This document shows, in pieces, positions 1 to 9,528 of a stretch of DNA of 64,000 bases. Position 1 is the first letter of the stretch. The number at the start of each line of letters is the position of its first letter. Both the position numbers and the translations under genes were made by a program. The notes below the pieces were generated by a model that was not told the DNA's origin, did not search any database, and was given only the letters and a program-made list of their open reading frames with translations. Source of the DNA: Nitrospirales bacterium (lineage in GTDB: Bacteria > Nitrospirota > Nitrospiria > Nitrospirales > UBA8639). The stretch is taken from positions 96,001 to 160,000 of the forward strand of contig OY820905.2 of the NCBI GenBank assembly GCA_963555755.3, read 5' to 3'.

Positions 1-127
1 GTTCCCGTTCTTGCTTTGTCGAAAGACGCAAGGGTTTGGTCAGTTCGCCAATGCGCAGTGTGCGCAAATTGCGCATTTGAACGTAAGCGAGTAGTTGTCT
101 TTCGTACTGACCTAAACGTGTCTTCAT
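1..127 (-). CDS. 5' end of a putative AbiEi-family (type IV toxin-antitoxin) antitoxin/transcriptional regulator, running off the window edge
   Basis: Manual translation from ATG at 127: MKTRLGQYERQLLAYVQMRNLRTLRIGELTKPLRLSTKQERE..., resembling AbiEi/COG5340 winged-HTH N-termini. Long inverted repeat directly upstream. Not in the ORF track. Confidence 0.6.
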   Translation of the reverse strand, partial: MKTRLGQYERQLLAYVQMRNLRTLRIGELTKPLRLSTKQERE

Positions 128-130
128 GAC

Positions 131-185
131 TGTATTATATTTCGTAATAATTGCCTGTCAAGCAATTTATGAGAAATATAGTACA
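131..185. promoter_or_regulatory. 24-bp imperfect inverted repeat, putative autoregulatory operator
   Basis: tgtattatatttcgtaataattgc-N7-gcaatttatgagaaatatagtaca (19/24 paired), immediately upstream of the ATG at 127. Confidence 0.65.
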
Positions 186-266
186 ATGTAAAAAATTGGT
201 AGTTTGAGGCGGGCTTTGAGCTTTTAATGGAAAAACATTAATATTTTCAATATGTTGCAATCTATA

Positions 267-302
267 CAGGTAGGCTAAGGTATCTATACCTTAGCCTACC
301 TG
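267..302. repeat. Perfect 17-bp palindrome
   Basis: caggtaggctaaggtat-ct-ataccttagcctacctg. Confidence 0.9.
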
Positions 303-539
303 CCTTCGAAACGACCGAGAAGAAGAATTTTTATCCCGGACGCCCTGTTACTGCCGCTTGCAGAGGCGATGGGCGACCTGATCTGCCACGCCGACTTCCA
401 GCATGTGAAAATATGCGAGGATTCAACGTGCTCCTTATGGTTTCATGACGTCAGCAAGAATCATACGCGACGGTGGTGCAGCATGGCCGTGTGTGGCAAC
501 CGAGCAAAAGCCGCGGCACACCGAGCTAAAAACCGGTAA
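303..539 (+). pseudogene. C-terminal remnant of a CGNR zinc-finger protein
   Basis: Manual translation ...VKICEDSTCSLWFHDVSKNHTRRWCSMAVCGNRAKAAAHRAKNR*. In-frame stop at 276-278 upstream, so the N-terminal domain is missing. Confidence 0.85.
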
Positions 540-681
540 ACTTAAGCGGGAGCTTGGGTCTTTGCTAGGTTTTAAGGAAATGAGGGAACGGTCGGAATGA
601 ATCAGCAAAAGGTTGGCCTCAACTTTCATATTGACGTGTGGTAGAGCAAGCCCTGGCCTCCATTCTCAAAATTAAGTTTGT

Positions 682-863
682 AAAGGGGTCAATAAAGGGG
701 TCAAATCTTTGGTTGATAGTTTCGGAAGATTGGAGACTTTGCATCTATAGCCTACTTGTTGGCAATACGCTTTCTCCTACACTCCTTATGGGGTTGGACT
801 AGGAATAGAGTATTAGTCAACCAAAGATTTGACCCCTATTTTGACCCCTATTTTGACCCCTAT
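682..863. repeat. Non-coding element with 20-bp terminal inverted repeats and reiterated GGGGTCA/TGACCCC ends
   Basis: ggggtcaaatctttggttga (697-716) / tcaaccaaagatttgacccc (817-836); 12-bp end units x2 on the left and x3 on the right; the last unit overlaps the cap3 stop. Confidence 0.8.
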
Positions 864-1336
864 TCCTTCAAACATTTCGTTGAATTTCCATCATGCCATC
901 CGACCCAAAGACCTTGTGGCGGCTCACTGATACCTACAATCACCAGAAGAAAGGCCTTCAGTTCATGCTTTGATTTCTTGAAGCATTCTGCAATGCTATT
1001 CAAGTCTTCCTGGGAGGGGGTCGGAAGTTCCTGGGGATGCGTATGCCAGTCACCAACATAGTGTAAACCGTCTAAAAAACAACTCTGGATTTCTTTGTTC
1101 TCTTCTTTGCGATCTGGAAGAAAGAAAAATCTACCTCTCCGGTCTTTAGGCCGCGTCCCGGTAGCCTTACAAACCTCAATATTTGAATTGGTTAATCTTG
1201 CGAAGAGCTGTCCACCCGTCTCCTTTGACCATCTCCAACGTTGCCGACTTTTTCTAAAATGCTTTAGTACTTCGTCGGTAAATAAAAGCGACCCATTTGA
1301 CCCGGCCAAAGTGTATGCCAACATTCTATTATCCAT
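860..1336 (-). CDS. cap3: CBASS Cap3, JAB/MPN isopeptidase
   Basis: ETGGQLF and GDWHTHP...PSQEDL JAMM motifs; ATG at 1336 overlaps the cap2 stop. Confidence 0.9.
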   Translation of the reverse strand: MDNRMLAYTLAGSNGSLLFTDEVLKHFRKSRQRWRWSKETGGQLFARLTNSNIEVCKATGTRPKDRRGRFFFLPDRKEENKEIQSCFLDGLHYVGDWHTHPQELPTPSQEDLNSIAECFKKSKHELKAFLLVIVGISEPPQGLWVGWHDGNSTKCLKE

Positions 1337-3155
1337 TACATAAGGGGCATTCGGGGTTAATTTCCCAATCAAAGCGGAGAACCCTCTCCCCATCGCCAAT
1401 ATCCCCGTGCTTGGTCAACCATTTTTCATTCCACTTTCCTCCTTTTTCTTTTACAGCTTTCCAATGGTTTACCCAAATTCTATGATGAGAACGCATGATT
1501 TTGTCTAAAAGAACATCAACCACAGTGTTGGCAATTAAACTATTGACGGGATTCATGGCGATAGAACCAAACTGTTGGTAAAATCCTCCACACCCCGGCT
1601 CTCGCTGATTTGTTGGCGGGGTTTCCCAACTGATCGGTGATAATTGGAACATTCCAAGTTCATTCATGCCGCAAACAAAACATCCGCCAATATCAAAGAC
1701 AGAAAGTGCGTGTCCTGCACAGGCGTAGGGTTCGACCCAGCCAAACACTACTGGGGGAAATCTTGGGCTACGGCGAGCAAGTAGATTCAATGCAACCTCA
1801 GAGGGCCAATTACCTATTGTTGAAACAATTACATTACAATCAGCGAATAACTGCTGATCCTGTTCATATGCGTTCTGCCATTTCATCCCCATTGCTGTAA
1901 CATTCAAGTGGGGGAATTTCCCCATTAGGCTTTTTTGCAAGCCCTCGGCTTTGTTCATACCGATAAAGTCTTTGCCTCCTAAATTATGTCGTCCAACATT
2001 ATCCCAAGTTAGCGTATCATGGTCGATCAAAGTCATTCGACCAATCCCCCCCTGAGCAAGTAACTCTGAGATCTGTGAACCTAAGGCTCCAGACCCAATT
2101 AGAATTACACTTTTGTTGATAAACTTACTCTGGCTTTCCTCACCTCCCCTAGTATGGATCCAGTTACGATCACATCTCTGGACCTTCCGCCGATCTATGG
2201 CCCCTTCCGGTGTTAGGTATCGATTTGCCAAAATACTCGCAGGAATTTTTGAAACTTTTCCAGGCCGGAATCCCTTACTTATAGGGTTCGTCGTCTTCCG
2301 GTTAGGGATTGAGTGTGTTGGAGGGGAGGACCATAAACTAGTAATAACCGGCCCCTCTTTTGTGTCAAACCCGAAAACTACTGGAAATCCATCCGGGCTA
2401 GACTTTATGACCTTTGCGAGGATGTTGAGACTAGTTTCTCCGGTCGCTTGCGCTAGTTTCCGGAGATCGGAATTATTAGCGGGATAATTTTCAGGATAGA
2501 GAGGTTCATCAAGCCACAACAGAATTGCCGGTCGGAATTTTAAGTCTAGATCTGCTGCTCCTCCAAAAAATCTACCTAGCCATTGCTTTCCTTTTGCGGA
2601 GGTCTCAGTCGAAAATAGAATTTTCTGTCCTTTCCAATAGACAATTTCCCGCGTTGGTCCTGAGGGGCGGAGTGCACTCCACAAACGCGTTGTCTTGCTT
2701 TCTATTCCAGAGTTCCAATAACTAAGGAATTCGGTAGCGAAATCGATTCGGTTAGTCCCCTCTAGACAATCCTTTATTAGCGATTTAGCTTCTTCTAGGA
2801 GATGTGTTACTAATCTCGCATCATTAGAAATTTGGAATGTAGAATGTTCGGGAACCAAACACAATTTTTCATTTTTTTCGACATGCGGCCATTTCAGAAA
2901 GCGTTTTGAACCGATAAGGAAAAGGTTGGGAAGAGAAAAGGGAAACTCCCTATCAGTTATGATATCAAGTTCGATGGACTGCTGATTTACTTCAATAGTA
3001 GTTCTCCACCCACTTGTTGCTAAAGAATCCTCATAGGCTCCCAGCTCGGCTTCAGAGAGGATTCTTCCTGGCGGAATTTGATTCTGCATGAAATCATTTA
3101 GAGCACCAATGGCTTGCCGTGCTAAGACCGGGAATAACCACTGAGGTTTAGCCAT
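1329..3155 (-). CDS. cap2: CBASS Cap2, E2/E1 (ThiF) ubiquitin-transferase-like protein
   Basis: N-terminal E2-like region (FPFSLP...WPHVE...KLCL) and C-terminal ThiF domain (IGSGALGS, DHDTLTWDNVGRH, EPGCGG); ATG at 3155 overlaps the CD-NTase stop. Confidence 0.9.
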   Translation of the reverse strand: MAKPQWLFPVLARQAIGALNDFMQNQIPPGRILSEAELGAYEDSLATSGWRTTIEVNQQSIELDIITDREFPFSLPNLFLIGSKRFLKWPHVEKNEKLCLVPEHSTFQISNDARLVTHLLEEAKSLIKDCLEGTNRIDFATEFLSYWNSGIESKTTRLWSALRPSGPTREIVYWKGQKILFSTETSAKGKQWLGRFFGGAADLDLKFRPAILLWLDEPLYPENYPANNSDLRKLAQATGETSLNILAKVIKSSPDGFPVVFGFDTKEGPVITSLWSSPPTHSIPNRKTTNPISKGFRPGKVSKIPASILANRYLTPEGAIDRRKVQRCDRNWIHTRGGEESQSKFINKSVILIGSGALGSQISELLAQGGIGRMTLIDHDTLTWDNVGRHNLGGKDFIGMNKAEGLQKSLMGKFPHLNVTAMGMKWQNAYEQDQQLFADCNVIVSTIGNWPSEVALNLLARRSPRFPPVVFGWVEPYACAGHALSVFDIGGCFVCGMNELGMFQLSPISWETPPTNQREPGCGGFYQQFGSIAMNPVNSLIANTVVDVLLDKIMRSHHRIWVNHWKAVKEKGGKWNEKWLTKHGDIGDGERVLRFDWEINPECPLCNG

Positions 3156-4170
3156 ACCGACCGCCACCCTCTTTTCTTACAGGCGCGCTAGGTTGATCAC
3201 CAGTCACCGTTATATTCGTCGGTCCTGAACCCTTATCGTCTTCTTTGATAAAACTGTCAAAAAAATCTGTATTGAAAACTTTCCCCCAGGCTTTCAACGC
3301 TGCCTTTTTTGTGCAGTCATTGTCGTGTAAAACCTTTAACCAATCTACAGCCTTCTCCAGTTGTGTCCTAAGTTCAATCATCTTTGGATCGTTATCCGTC
3401 TTTGTGAGCGGCTCATCTACAACAGGGTGGCGAACCGTAAGGTTTAATTGGAGCCGCGAGTAAACGCCCTGGATTGTGTCATGGAAGCTTTTATCGTCTC
3501 GGCTGGCTTCAGCCCTGTATCGTTCATCGACTAATACTGACAAGATAAAGCCACTGGGCATGCTCCATGATTCACGGCTTTTGGCAAATGCCTTAAGGAG
3601 GCGGACAACACGACGCATTTGTCGTCTTTCCCCAGCTTCATCTGGACTTTTGGTCTTTACTTGCCTAGTGAACCATTCCGTAACTGCCTTGGGATTTGAC
3701 TCCCGCCATTCGACGCTAGCCAATTCTAATTTAGTGTTTCCCCAGTCATCGGTTTTCTCTCGATAGGAGGGGATGTCGACGTTATGCCCCTCTTGATAAT
3801 ACACGCGAACACAATTTGTTCTGACTTCAGGCGGTCTATTGAACTTTTCATCTTGCACTGCTTCGCACACCATCTGTCGAACTTGAAGTGGAGTAAGTTC
3901 TGCACCTTTTGGGCCGCGCAATTCATCAGCCTTGAATACAACACCGTCATCGATATCATAGTCGTTCTTGGGTTGTTGAATAATCGTGGCCATGTCATAA
4001 GAGCCCTGAATTAGAAACGCTTGTGGCGTTGGTTTTTGATTTTCTTTTAGACCCTTAGTGACTCTCTCTCGATTGGCATCTCTATGTTCTCGTAGTTTGT
4101 CCTGGGTTTTCTCCGGAAGCCGTACTTCCTCATTATGGTAGGAATAAATTTCTTTTGAGCAATTAAACAT
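3148..4170 (-). CDS. CBASS cGAS/DncV-like nucleotidyltransferase (CD-NTase)
   Basis: QGSY...DYDIDDG and VDIP motifs; flexible tail ending GGGRYG, typical of Cap2-conjugated cyclases. Confidence 0.92.
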   Translation of the reverse strand: MFNCSKEIYSYHNEEVRLPEKTQDKLREHRDANRERVTKGLKENQKPTPQAFLIQGSYDMATIIQQPKNDYDIDDGVVFKADELRGPKGAELTPLQVRQMVCEAVQDEKFNRPPEVRTNCVRVYYQEGHNVDIPSYREKTDDWGNTKLELASVEWRESNPKAVTEWFTRQVKTKSPDEAGERRQMRRVVRLLKAFAKSRESWSMPSGFILSVLVDERYRAEASRDDKSFHDTIQGVYSRLQLNLTVRHPVVDEPLTKTDNDPKMIELRTQLEKAVDWLKVLHDNDCTKKAALKAWGKVFNTDFFDSFIKEDDKGSGPTNITVTGDQPSAPVRKEGGGRYG

Positions 4171-4260
4171 TCACTATCCTCCTCTACCTAAGTGTATCTT
4201 CCAGATTTTTCTGGTCAAGAAACGCAAAACCTGACTTCAGAAGAACTGCATTTGTCTGTG

Positions 4261-5343
4261 TTAACGGGAAGCCGAGGGGATTTCATTGAAAATCCTAAGC
4301 AAGCACTCTCCCTTCGGGTCACTAGTATCATGTGCTAGTCGGTGGGCAATATCTGCATCGGTTTTTCCGAGTTCACTTAAAACATCGATAGCTTGGTCTG
4401 TCGCTTTATCAAGAGCCAAATGGACAACCTGAGACGGAGAAGGTGGGGATTGTGGAAGGCGAACAATCCTACAGGGCCTATTCAAATGGCGTGCTAGGAA
4501 CTCAGCCATAAAATTATAACCAGCGGACTGCGAGTCAAGTGCAACAGAAAGAGCCTTTGCTCCGAAATGCCATTGAAATACCCCCCAAGAGACGGCATCT
4601 TTATCCAGTGCTTGTCCTTCTGGAGGGGCGCATGTACCAATTGACAGAATTTCTATAGGTCGATTTTTTGGTGCTAACTCGAGAGCTTCAATCATTCCAA
4701 TCAGAACAGGATTGTTGGCCCATAGGCCACCATCGACAAAAGTGCGTATGTGAACAGAATCGTCTGGGTCTGGGATTGCCGCAATTGGGAGAAACATGGG
4801 AGCAGCACTGGTCGCGAGACAGATATCAACAAGTTTGTAGTTGTTATCTCTTGTCTTTGAAGAAACGTGTGGTGTCTTAAAAACCCAACTTTTCTGAGTG
4901 GCCATGTTCACAGCAGGGATACAAAGCGCGATCTTTCTTTCTATGAAAAGTCCCTCAAGGGTTTGGTCAGCAAAGAACTCAAAGAGGGCGTTTGTTAACG
5001 GGGTGACTTCACTAGAAGCATTTTTTGCGTTTCTTAAAACCCATTTCAGAAGGCTGAAACCTGTCTGGGGAATTGGGTCGGTGAATATTTTTGGGCCAAT
5101 TTCTCGGTAAAGTGTTACTAACTGAGCAAGGGGAATCCCTTTAGCTAATCCACAGGCCAGAATTCCGCCGGTACTGGTTCCCGTGATAAGATCAAACCCT
5201 TTCCCGACATCTAGTTCATGGACCTTACGACTCCCTGAGAAACGGGTTGCCAATGTTTGTAACAAGGTGGCTGTATAAAGCCCTCTCATGCCGCCACCGT
5301 CTAAAGAAAGTACGCGGTAGGGATGGTTATCAATAGCCGACAT
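4261..5343 (-). CDS. capV: CBASS patatin-like phospholipase effector (CapV-type)
   Basis: DGGGMRG, GTSTG and DGG patatin motifs; directly upstream of the CD-NTase. Confidence 0.88.
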   Translation of the reverse strand: MSAIDNHPYRVLSLDGGGMRGLYTATLLQTLATRFSGSRKVHELDVGKGFDLITGTSTGGILACGLAKGIPLAQLVTLYREIGPKIFTDPIPQTGFSLLKWVLRNAKNASSEVTPLTNALFEFFADQTLEGLFIERKIALCIPAVNMATQKSWVFKTPHVSSKTRDNNYKLVDICLATSAAPMFLPIAAIPDPDDSVHIRTFVDGGLWANNPVLIGMIEALELAPKNRPIEILSIGTCAPPEGQALDKDAVSWGVFQWHFGAKALSVALDSQSAGYNFMAEFLARHLNRPCRIVRLPQSPPSPSQVVHLALDKATDQAIDVLSELGKTDADIAHRLAHDTSDPKGECLLRIFNEIPSASR

Positions 5344-5589
5344 GAGAAATCTTCACAAATTTGGAATTTTGCTTCCCAAAAATTAAATAAAGCTATGAAA
5401 AACTACCTGGTCATGACTTGTCTGGACCCATTTAAATTAGAGATAAATATTTCTAATGACTTTTCTAAGTTATTGAAAAATTTAACTTGAGTTAGATTTG
5501 AATGAATTGTCTTGGCAGGTTCTACTGTCATTCCCTAAATGCTACCTAAACCTAGGGGTAAAAGGAAAGGGGCAGAAATTGATTCCCGA

Positions 5590-5740
5590 TTAAGGCTGTT
5601 TGAAAAGATCAGTAGAGGAATGGACCGTGACGATCACTGATTTAGACGTGGGGGTGTTGCTTTTGTCGGCGACGCTGTCGATAGGGACGAGGACGTAGGC
5701 TTCAGGGAAGTAGGTTGCCACGCAGGTGCGGGAAATGGGT
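5590..5740 (-). pseudogene. C-terminal remnant of an FdhF/YdeP-family molybdopterin oxidoreductase
   Basis: Manual translation PISRTCVATYFPEAYVLVPIDSVADKSNTPTSKSVIVTV...*. Confidence 0.75.
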
Positions 5741-5832
5741 TAGAAAAAAGAAAAAGTGGTCAAATCTTTTGTTGATGGTTGTGGATCGTTTGGCAATACC
5801 CCTCCCATCCACAAAGACTCAGGTAAATCTTC

Positions 5833-5859
5833 GTGGGCGGCGACTTGGTCGCCGCCCAC
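5833..5859. terminator. 12-bp GC hairpin, probable terminator of the globin remnant
   Basis: gtgggcggcgac-ttg-gtcgccgcccac. Confidence 0.55.
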
Positions 5860-5893
5860 TCTCACTTTTACGATTGAATGCGCATAAGAAGAC

Positions 5894-6080
5894 CTAGGAC
5901 CTCTCTACGATATCCTTCTGCAACGAGCCGATAATTCCCATGAGTTCTTTCTGTTCCTGTCTGGGGACCTTGAATTTTCTCAAGGTGGCTTTCAGATGCC
6001 CCGCGACGATATTGAATTCTTTCTCGGAAATACGCATGCCTGTATGCGCACCCTTCATATCCTGCCCTGGGTATTTGGGT
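5894..6080 (-). pseudogene. C-terminal half of a group 1 truncated hemoglobin
   Basis: Manual translation PKYPGQDMKGAHTGMRISEKEFNIVAGHLKATLRKFKVPRQEQKELMGIIGSLQKDIVERS*. Confidence 0.8.
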
Positions 6081-6127
6081 CGGGGTTCAGGTCTTTCCGT
6101 GCCACATATACTTCGAAAAGGTAGAGT

Positions 6128-6345
6128 TTATCTGCTTGGCTTAAGGCATTCTTCAATGAACTGAATCAAATCCTTGATGTCCCCGTTATCAGCTTTTTTC
6201 ATCGCCGTGATGTATTGTTCGCAAATCTCGTTCCCCTCAGCCATGAGTTGAATTTGCGGCCATTGGGGAATGGGGAGTTGACGCGAGTGGAAGAAAGTAT
6301 CGGTGATGAGTCTTGCATGTCGTCCGTTCCCATTGGTGAAGGGGC
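6128..6345 (-). pseudogene. C-terminal remnant of a Fic-domain protein (mobile mystery protein B-like)
   Basis: PFTNGNGRHARL motif truncated at the catalytic His; YITAMKKADNGD tail. Confidence 0.8.
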
Positions 6346-6437
6346 CAATACTCAATCGACCAGCAGAGCCTGGTCGGGAGAAATAGGGTCAGATCTTGCG
6401 CTGCCACATTTCCATTTTAATAAGGGGAAGTGCTCCA

Positions 6438-7514
6438 TCAAGAACTTTCGTAGACTTGTGCGAAGAAGTCAGCGAATTCTTCTATTGACGTCCCGGTCGT
6501 ATTTTTCGGCGTACGGTTGACAGCCATAATACCATCATTAAGGGCATGGCTTAGCTCGACCAATTGGTCGCTGGCCTTGTCACTCATTCCGAAATCCATG
6601 AGGGGAATGTTGAAAAAAGCCGCCAGCGGCGTTCTCGCCCTTTTGCCGTGCTCACGTACAAAGTGTACGCTCCGCGCGTCAAAACGGCTGCGGCCTTGCT
6701 GGACGGACTTTTTTGAACATTCCCTCTACCTGATGATGTCCGTCCTTTCAGGGGTCTTTATTGGCCATCGGAGTGAATTATTCAACAGTCCCATGAGTCC
6801 TTTTTTCTCATCTTCTGGAGAGAATTGCACATATCCTAAATCCGGTTTGCCGATTTTCTCGCCGAAGACTTTGGTCACCTCGTTCATCGTCACATCGCGC
6901 TCACCCAGCAATTCGTGAGTGGCCTTGCCAGAAAAATCTTTTTTCCGCAGATGTTCCGCTGCAGCCGGCGCGATGTCTTTCGTTGCGATCATGGGCATTT
7001 TTCTATCACCTTTTATGCCACCGCCGTTCATGCCCATGTTTTTGATCATGCCGATGTTTGCTAACAAGTTTTCCATAAAATACGTGGGTCGGAGATGGAG
7101 CACATTGACATCATCCAGGGTGTTGAGTTTTTGTTCGACATCGTGCAAGCCTTTGATGGGGCCGGTTTTGTCCGGCAAGTGTGCACCATGGCTGCTTAGA
7201 AACACCACATGCTTGACGCCAGACTCCTGTATCGCCTTGATGATATTGTCACCCACCTCGTTGTAGTATTTTCGGAAATCCTTTGTCTGATAATCCGGCG
7301 GGAGCATGGCAAAAACCGCGTCGGCGTCCTTAAAGGCTTTTGTTAAAAAGCCTACATCTGCAATATCGCCAACTGCTGCAATCGCTCCACGATCAACAAA
7401 CGGTTGTAGTCGCTCGGTAGAGCGGCCGATGACTGTGACCTTCTCACCCTTGTCGAGAAACATATTCGCTAATTTACTGCTGATATTCCCCGTCGCACCC
7501 ATGATGACGTACAT
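6438..7514 (-). pseudogene. NmrA/NAD(P)H-binding protein interrupted by a MITE
   Basis: GATGNIS Rossmann start; the native frame resumes after the insertion (GLM|DFGMSDKASDQLVELSHALNDG...). Confidence 0.85.
6603..6790. mobile_element. MITE family A, long form
   Basis: Ends gggaatgttgaa / ttcaacagtc(cc); ccatgag duplicated at 6596-6602 and 6791-6797; core gtgctcacgtac...gtacgctccg. Confidence 0.9.
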
Positions 7515-7619
7515 CGTCTATTCCTCCTGAATTTTGATTCGGTTACAATGTCACAGTCATCCAATGGTCCGGCCATCCGTCAGTTGAAGGAATGGCCGAT
7601 GGGTTGAATCAGTTTGCCA

Positions 7620-8852
7620 TCAACACGGACGGTCAGCACCCACGGGTTTCCCGCTATCGATTTTTGGTACTTCCGGTGGTGTCGTGAAATGAGCCGCCGC
7701 GATGCGAAATAGAGAACGCTGGCCAAATCTGTTCCAGAGCAAGCGTTGCACGTACACTAACTTGGGATTGTGCTCCTCTTCTTCGATAAGGGCTCGGGCG
7801 ACAATCTGCCCCCACTCCTGGCCTTCTTTTGGGCTTCCCTCACGATCGACGGTATCTTTGTACTTTTCATGCAACGCTTCAAGTGTGGCTCGGGTTGGAA
7901 CTTCCCCGCGAGAAAAAATAATTGCCAGCATTGCGGTCCAATAGCATTTGATGGCGCGTTTCTGCTGGTCGATGGGCAACCGGTTTGCGATTTGTTCCAT
8001 CGCATACAGCGACGTGATCAGGTGGAGAATCAGGAAGTCTCCCGGCTTGGTCATGAACAGCAGCGTCACGGCTTCATAGAGGCCTTTCCAAATGGTGGCC
8101 ATGTCCTGATCCCCAATCCAGGCTGGTGTTTCGTGGATCAGCGGGTGACCCTCGGCCAACACCTTGGCCACGTTGAACTGCGTTCCTGTGACGGCGAGCT
8201 CGGGATGAAAACCTGCGGATGCGCCGTACTTGTCGTCGGTGAGCGTTGCGTCGAGCCAACCGTGGAGCGCTTCGTAATCGGCTTCCCACGCGTCTGTAAT
8301 GCGGAGGACGGAGTCCAGCACTGCCGTTTCTTTCACCGGGCCACGCGTCGGGGAATACGTCCTGTCTGGGTTGCACGAGAGGAACGAGAACGCCATGTAA
8401 GCCAGGCCTTCGATGATCATCCACCGATTTCCGGAATCCAATGCCCAACCTAGGTGTATGGTCCCGTGCATGAGTGAGCCCACGCAGCCTGGCAGAAGGA
8501 TGGGCACGTATTCTCTCAGCAGTCGGTCCATTCCCAGTTCCTGCTCCTTCTGATCAAAAAACTCACAGTAGGAGGTGAAGCTGCAGTGCTGCCCAAAGTA
8601 CACCTGCCAGTTGTCTTGGGTGATGTTGTGCTCTGAGGATCTCGCCCGCTCCAAGCCATAGCCATAGGTCGTGCACTTTGCGTAGGAGTCGTAATATTCC
8701 TGGATCCTTTGCGGCGATGCCCCAAGACGATTGAGGGCGATCACCGCATGCTTTACGTGGTTGGATAAGAAGCCGTTGAACTCGATGTGGTAAGACTGAT
8801 CGTTGAGCAGCGCCTCCACGACGTTCGATGTCTTTTGTTCATCTGTGGACAT
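7620..8852 (-). CDS. Questin oxidase family protein (DUF4243)
   Basis: NHVKH, HGTIHLG, LHLITS and EEHNPK motifs; 410 aa; RBS aagga. Confidence 0.75.
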   Translation of the reverse strand: MSTDEQKTSNVVEALLNDQSYHIEFNGFLSNHVKHAVIALNRLGASPQRIQEYYDSYAKCTTYGYGLERARSSEHNITQDNWQVYFGQHCSFTSYCEFFDQKEQELGMDRLLREYVPILLPGCVGSLMHGTIHLGWALDSGNRWMIIEGLAYMAFSFLSCNPDRTYSPTRGPVKETAVLDSVLRITDAWEADYEALHGWLDATLTDDKYGASAGFHPELAVTGTQFNVAKVLAEGHPLIHETPAWIGDQDMATIWKGLYEAVTLLFMTKPGDFLILHLITSLYAMEQIANRLPIDQQKRAIKCYWTAMLAIIFSRGEVPTRATLEALHEKYKDTVDREGSPKEGQEWGQIVARALIEEEEHNPKLVYVQRLLWNRFGQRSLFRIAAAHFTTPPEVPKIDSGKPVGADRPC

Positions 8853-8931
8853 GCTGTCTCCTTCCTTGTCTAAAAGCTTGTCGTGATGCCTTGTGGTGTC
8901 ATATCCCTAGATTAGTTGGGCATCAAACACT

Positions 8932-9528
8932 TTACTTTCTCTTATAGGTGATCTCGAACAGCTTCCTTTCAGTGTCACCGGGGTGAGTCCCATACATGTC
9001 AAACGTCTGGGTATTCGCATCCACCAACTTCCATACTGTCCGATGGCTCATGTGTCCTCCACCCGGTGTTTCGTGTTGTCCTGTGAGGTTGATGGTTCTG
9101 CCATCGGGACTGGCCGTACCTTCCATCAGAAAAATTCCTGTAGCCATTGTATCCATCCAGGCTGTGACATATTTTTTCCGAATATTGTCGTAGGCGTCGA
9201 TCCCAATCCCGGAAAATGGTTTGCCCATCATCTGGCCTGTGAATTCCTGGTAGAGAAAGCGGCCGTTCAGTAACATCTTCATTTCGGCGGTTCCAGTTGA
9301 TTCCATTGGGGGCTTGCCCGGCTCCATCCATTCTTTCATGTGAGTCGTCCAGCTCCCGGCCAGGCTGGCGAATAGCTTATGCGGCTCTCCAGGCGTGGCC
9401 AGCTTTTGGTACATCTCCATCATGGCCTGCATATCCATCTGCATTTCAGAATTCTTTTCTTTGGCTAGTCCAGGAACCGTGGTTATGATCATGAACAAAC
9501 AGGTGAGTGTGATGAATGTGAAACGCAT
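8932..9528 (-). CDS. DUF1579 family secreted protein
   Basis: Signal peptide, ATPGEPHKL...LAGSW, WMDTM; RBS ggagg before the ATG at 9528. Confidence 0.85.
   Translation of the reverse strand: MRFTFITLTCLFMIITTVPGLAKEKNSEMQMDMQAMMEMYQKLATPGEPHKLFASLAGSWTTHMKEWMEPGKPPMESTGTAEMKMLLNGRFLYQEFTGQMMGKPFSGIGIDAYDNIRKKYVTAWMDTMATGIFLMEGTASPDGRTINLTGQHETPGGGHMSHRTVWKLVDANTQTFDMYGTHPGDTERKLFEITYKRK

Noticed and set aside
828..863. Tandem 12-bp repeats as a CRISPR array
   Set aside because: No spacers and no cas genes; I saw no CRISPR array anywhere in the window
860..5343. CBASS operon itself as a novel system
   Set aside because: Matches the established type II CBASS architecture; only its flanks are noteworthy
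5437..5457. ttagagata-aa-tatttctaa palindrome upstream of capV as a repressor operator
   Set aside because: Short, AT-rich and imperfect; no cognate regulator gene nearby
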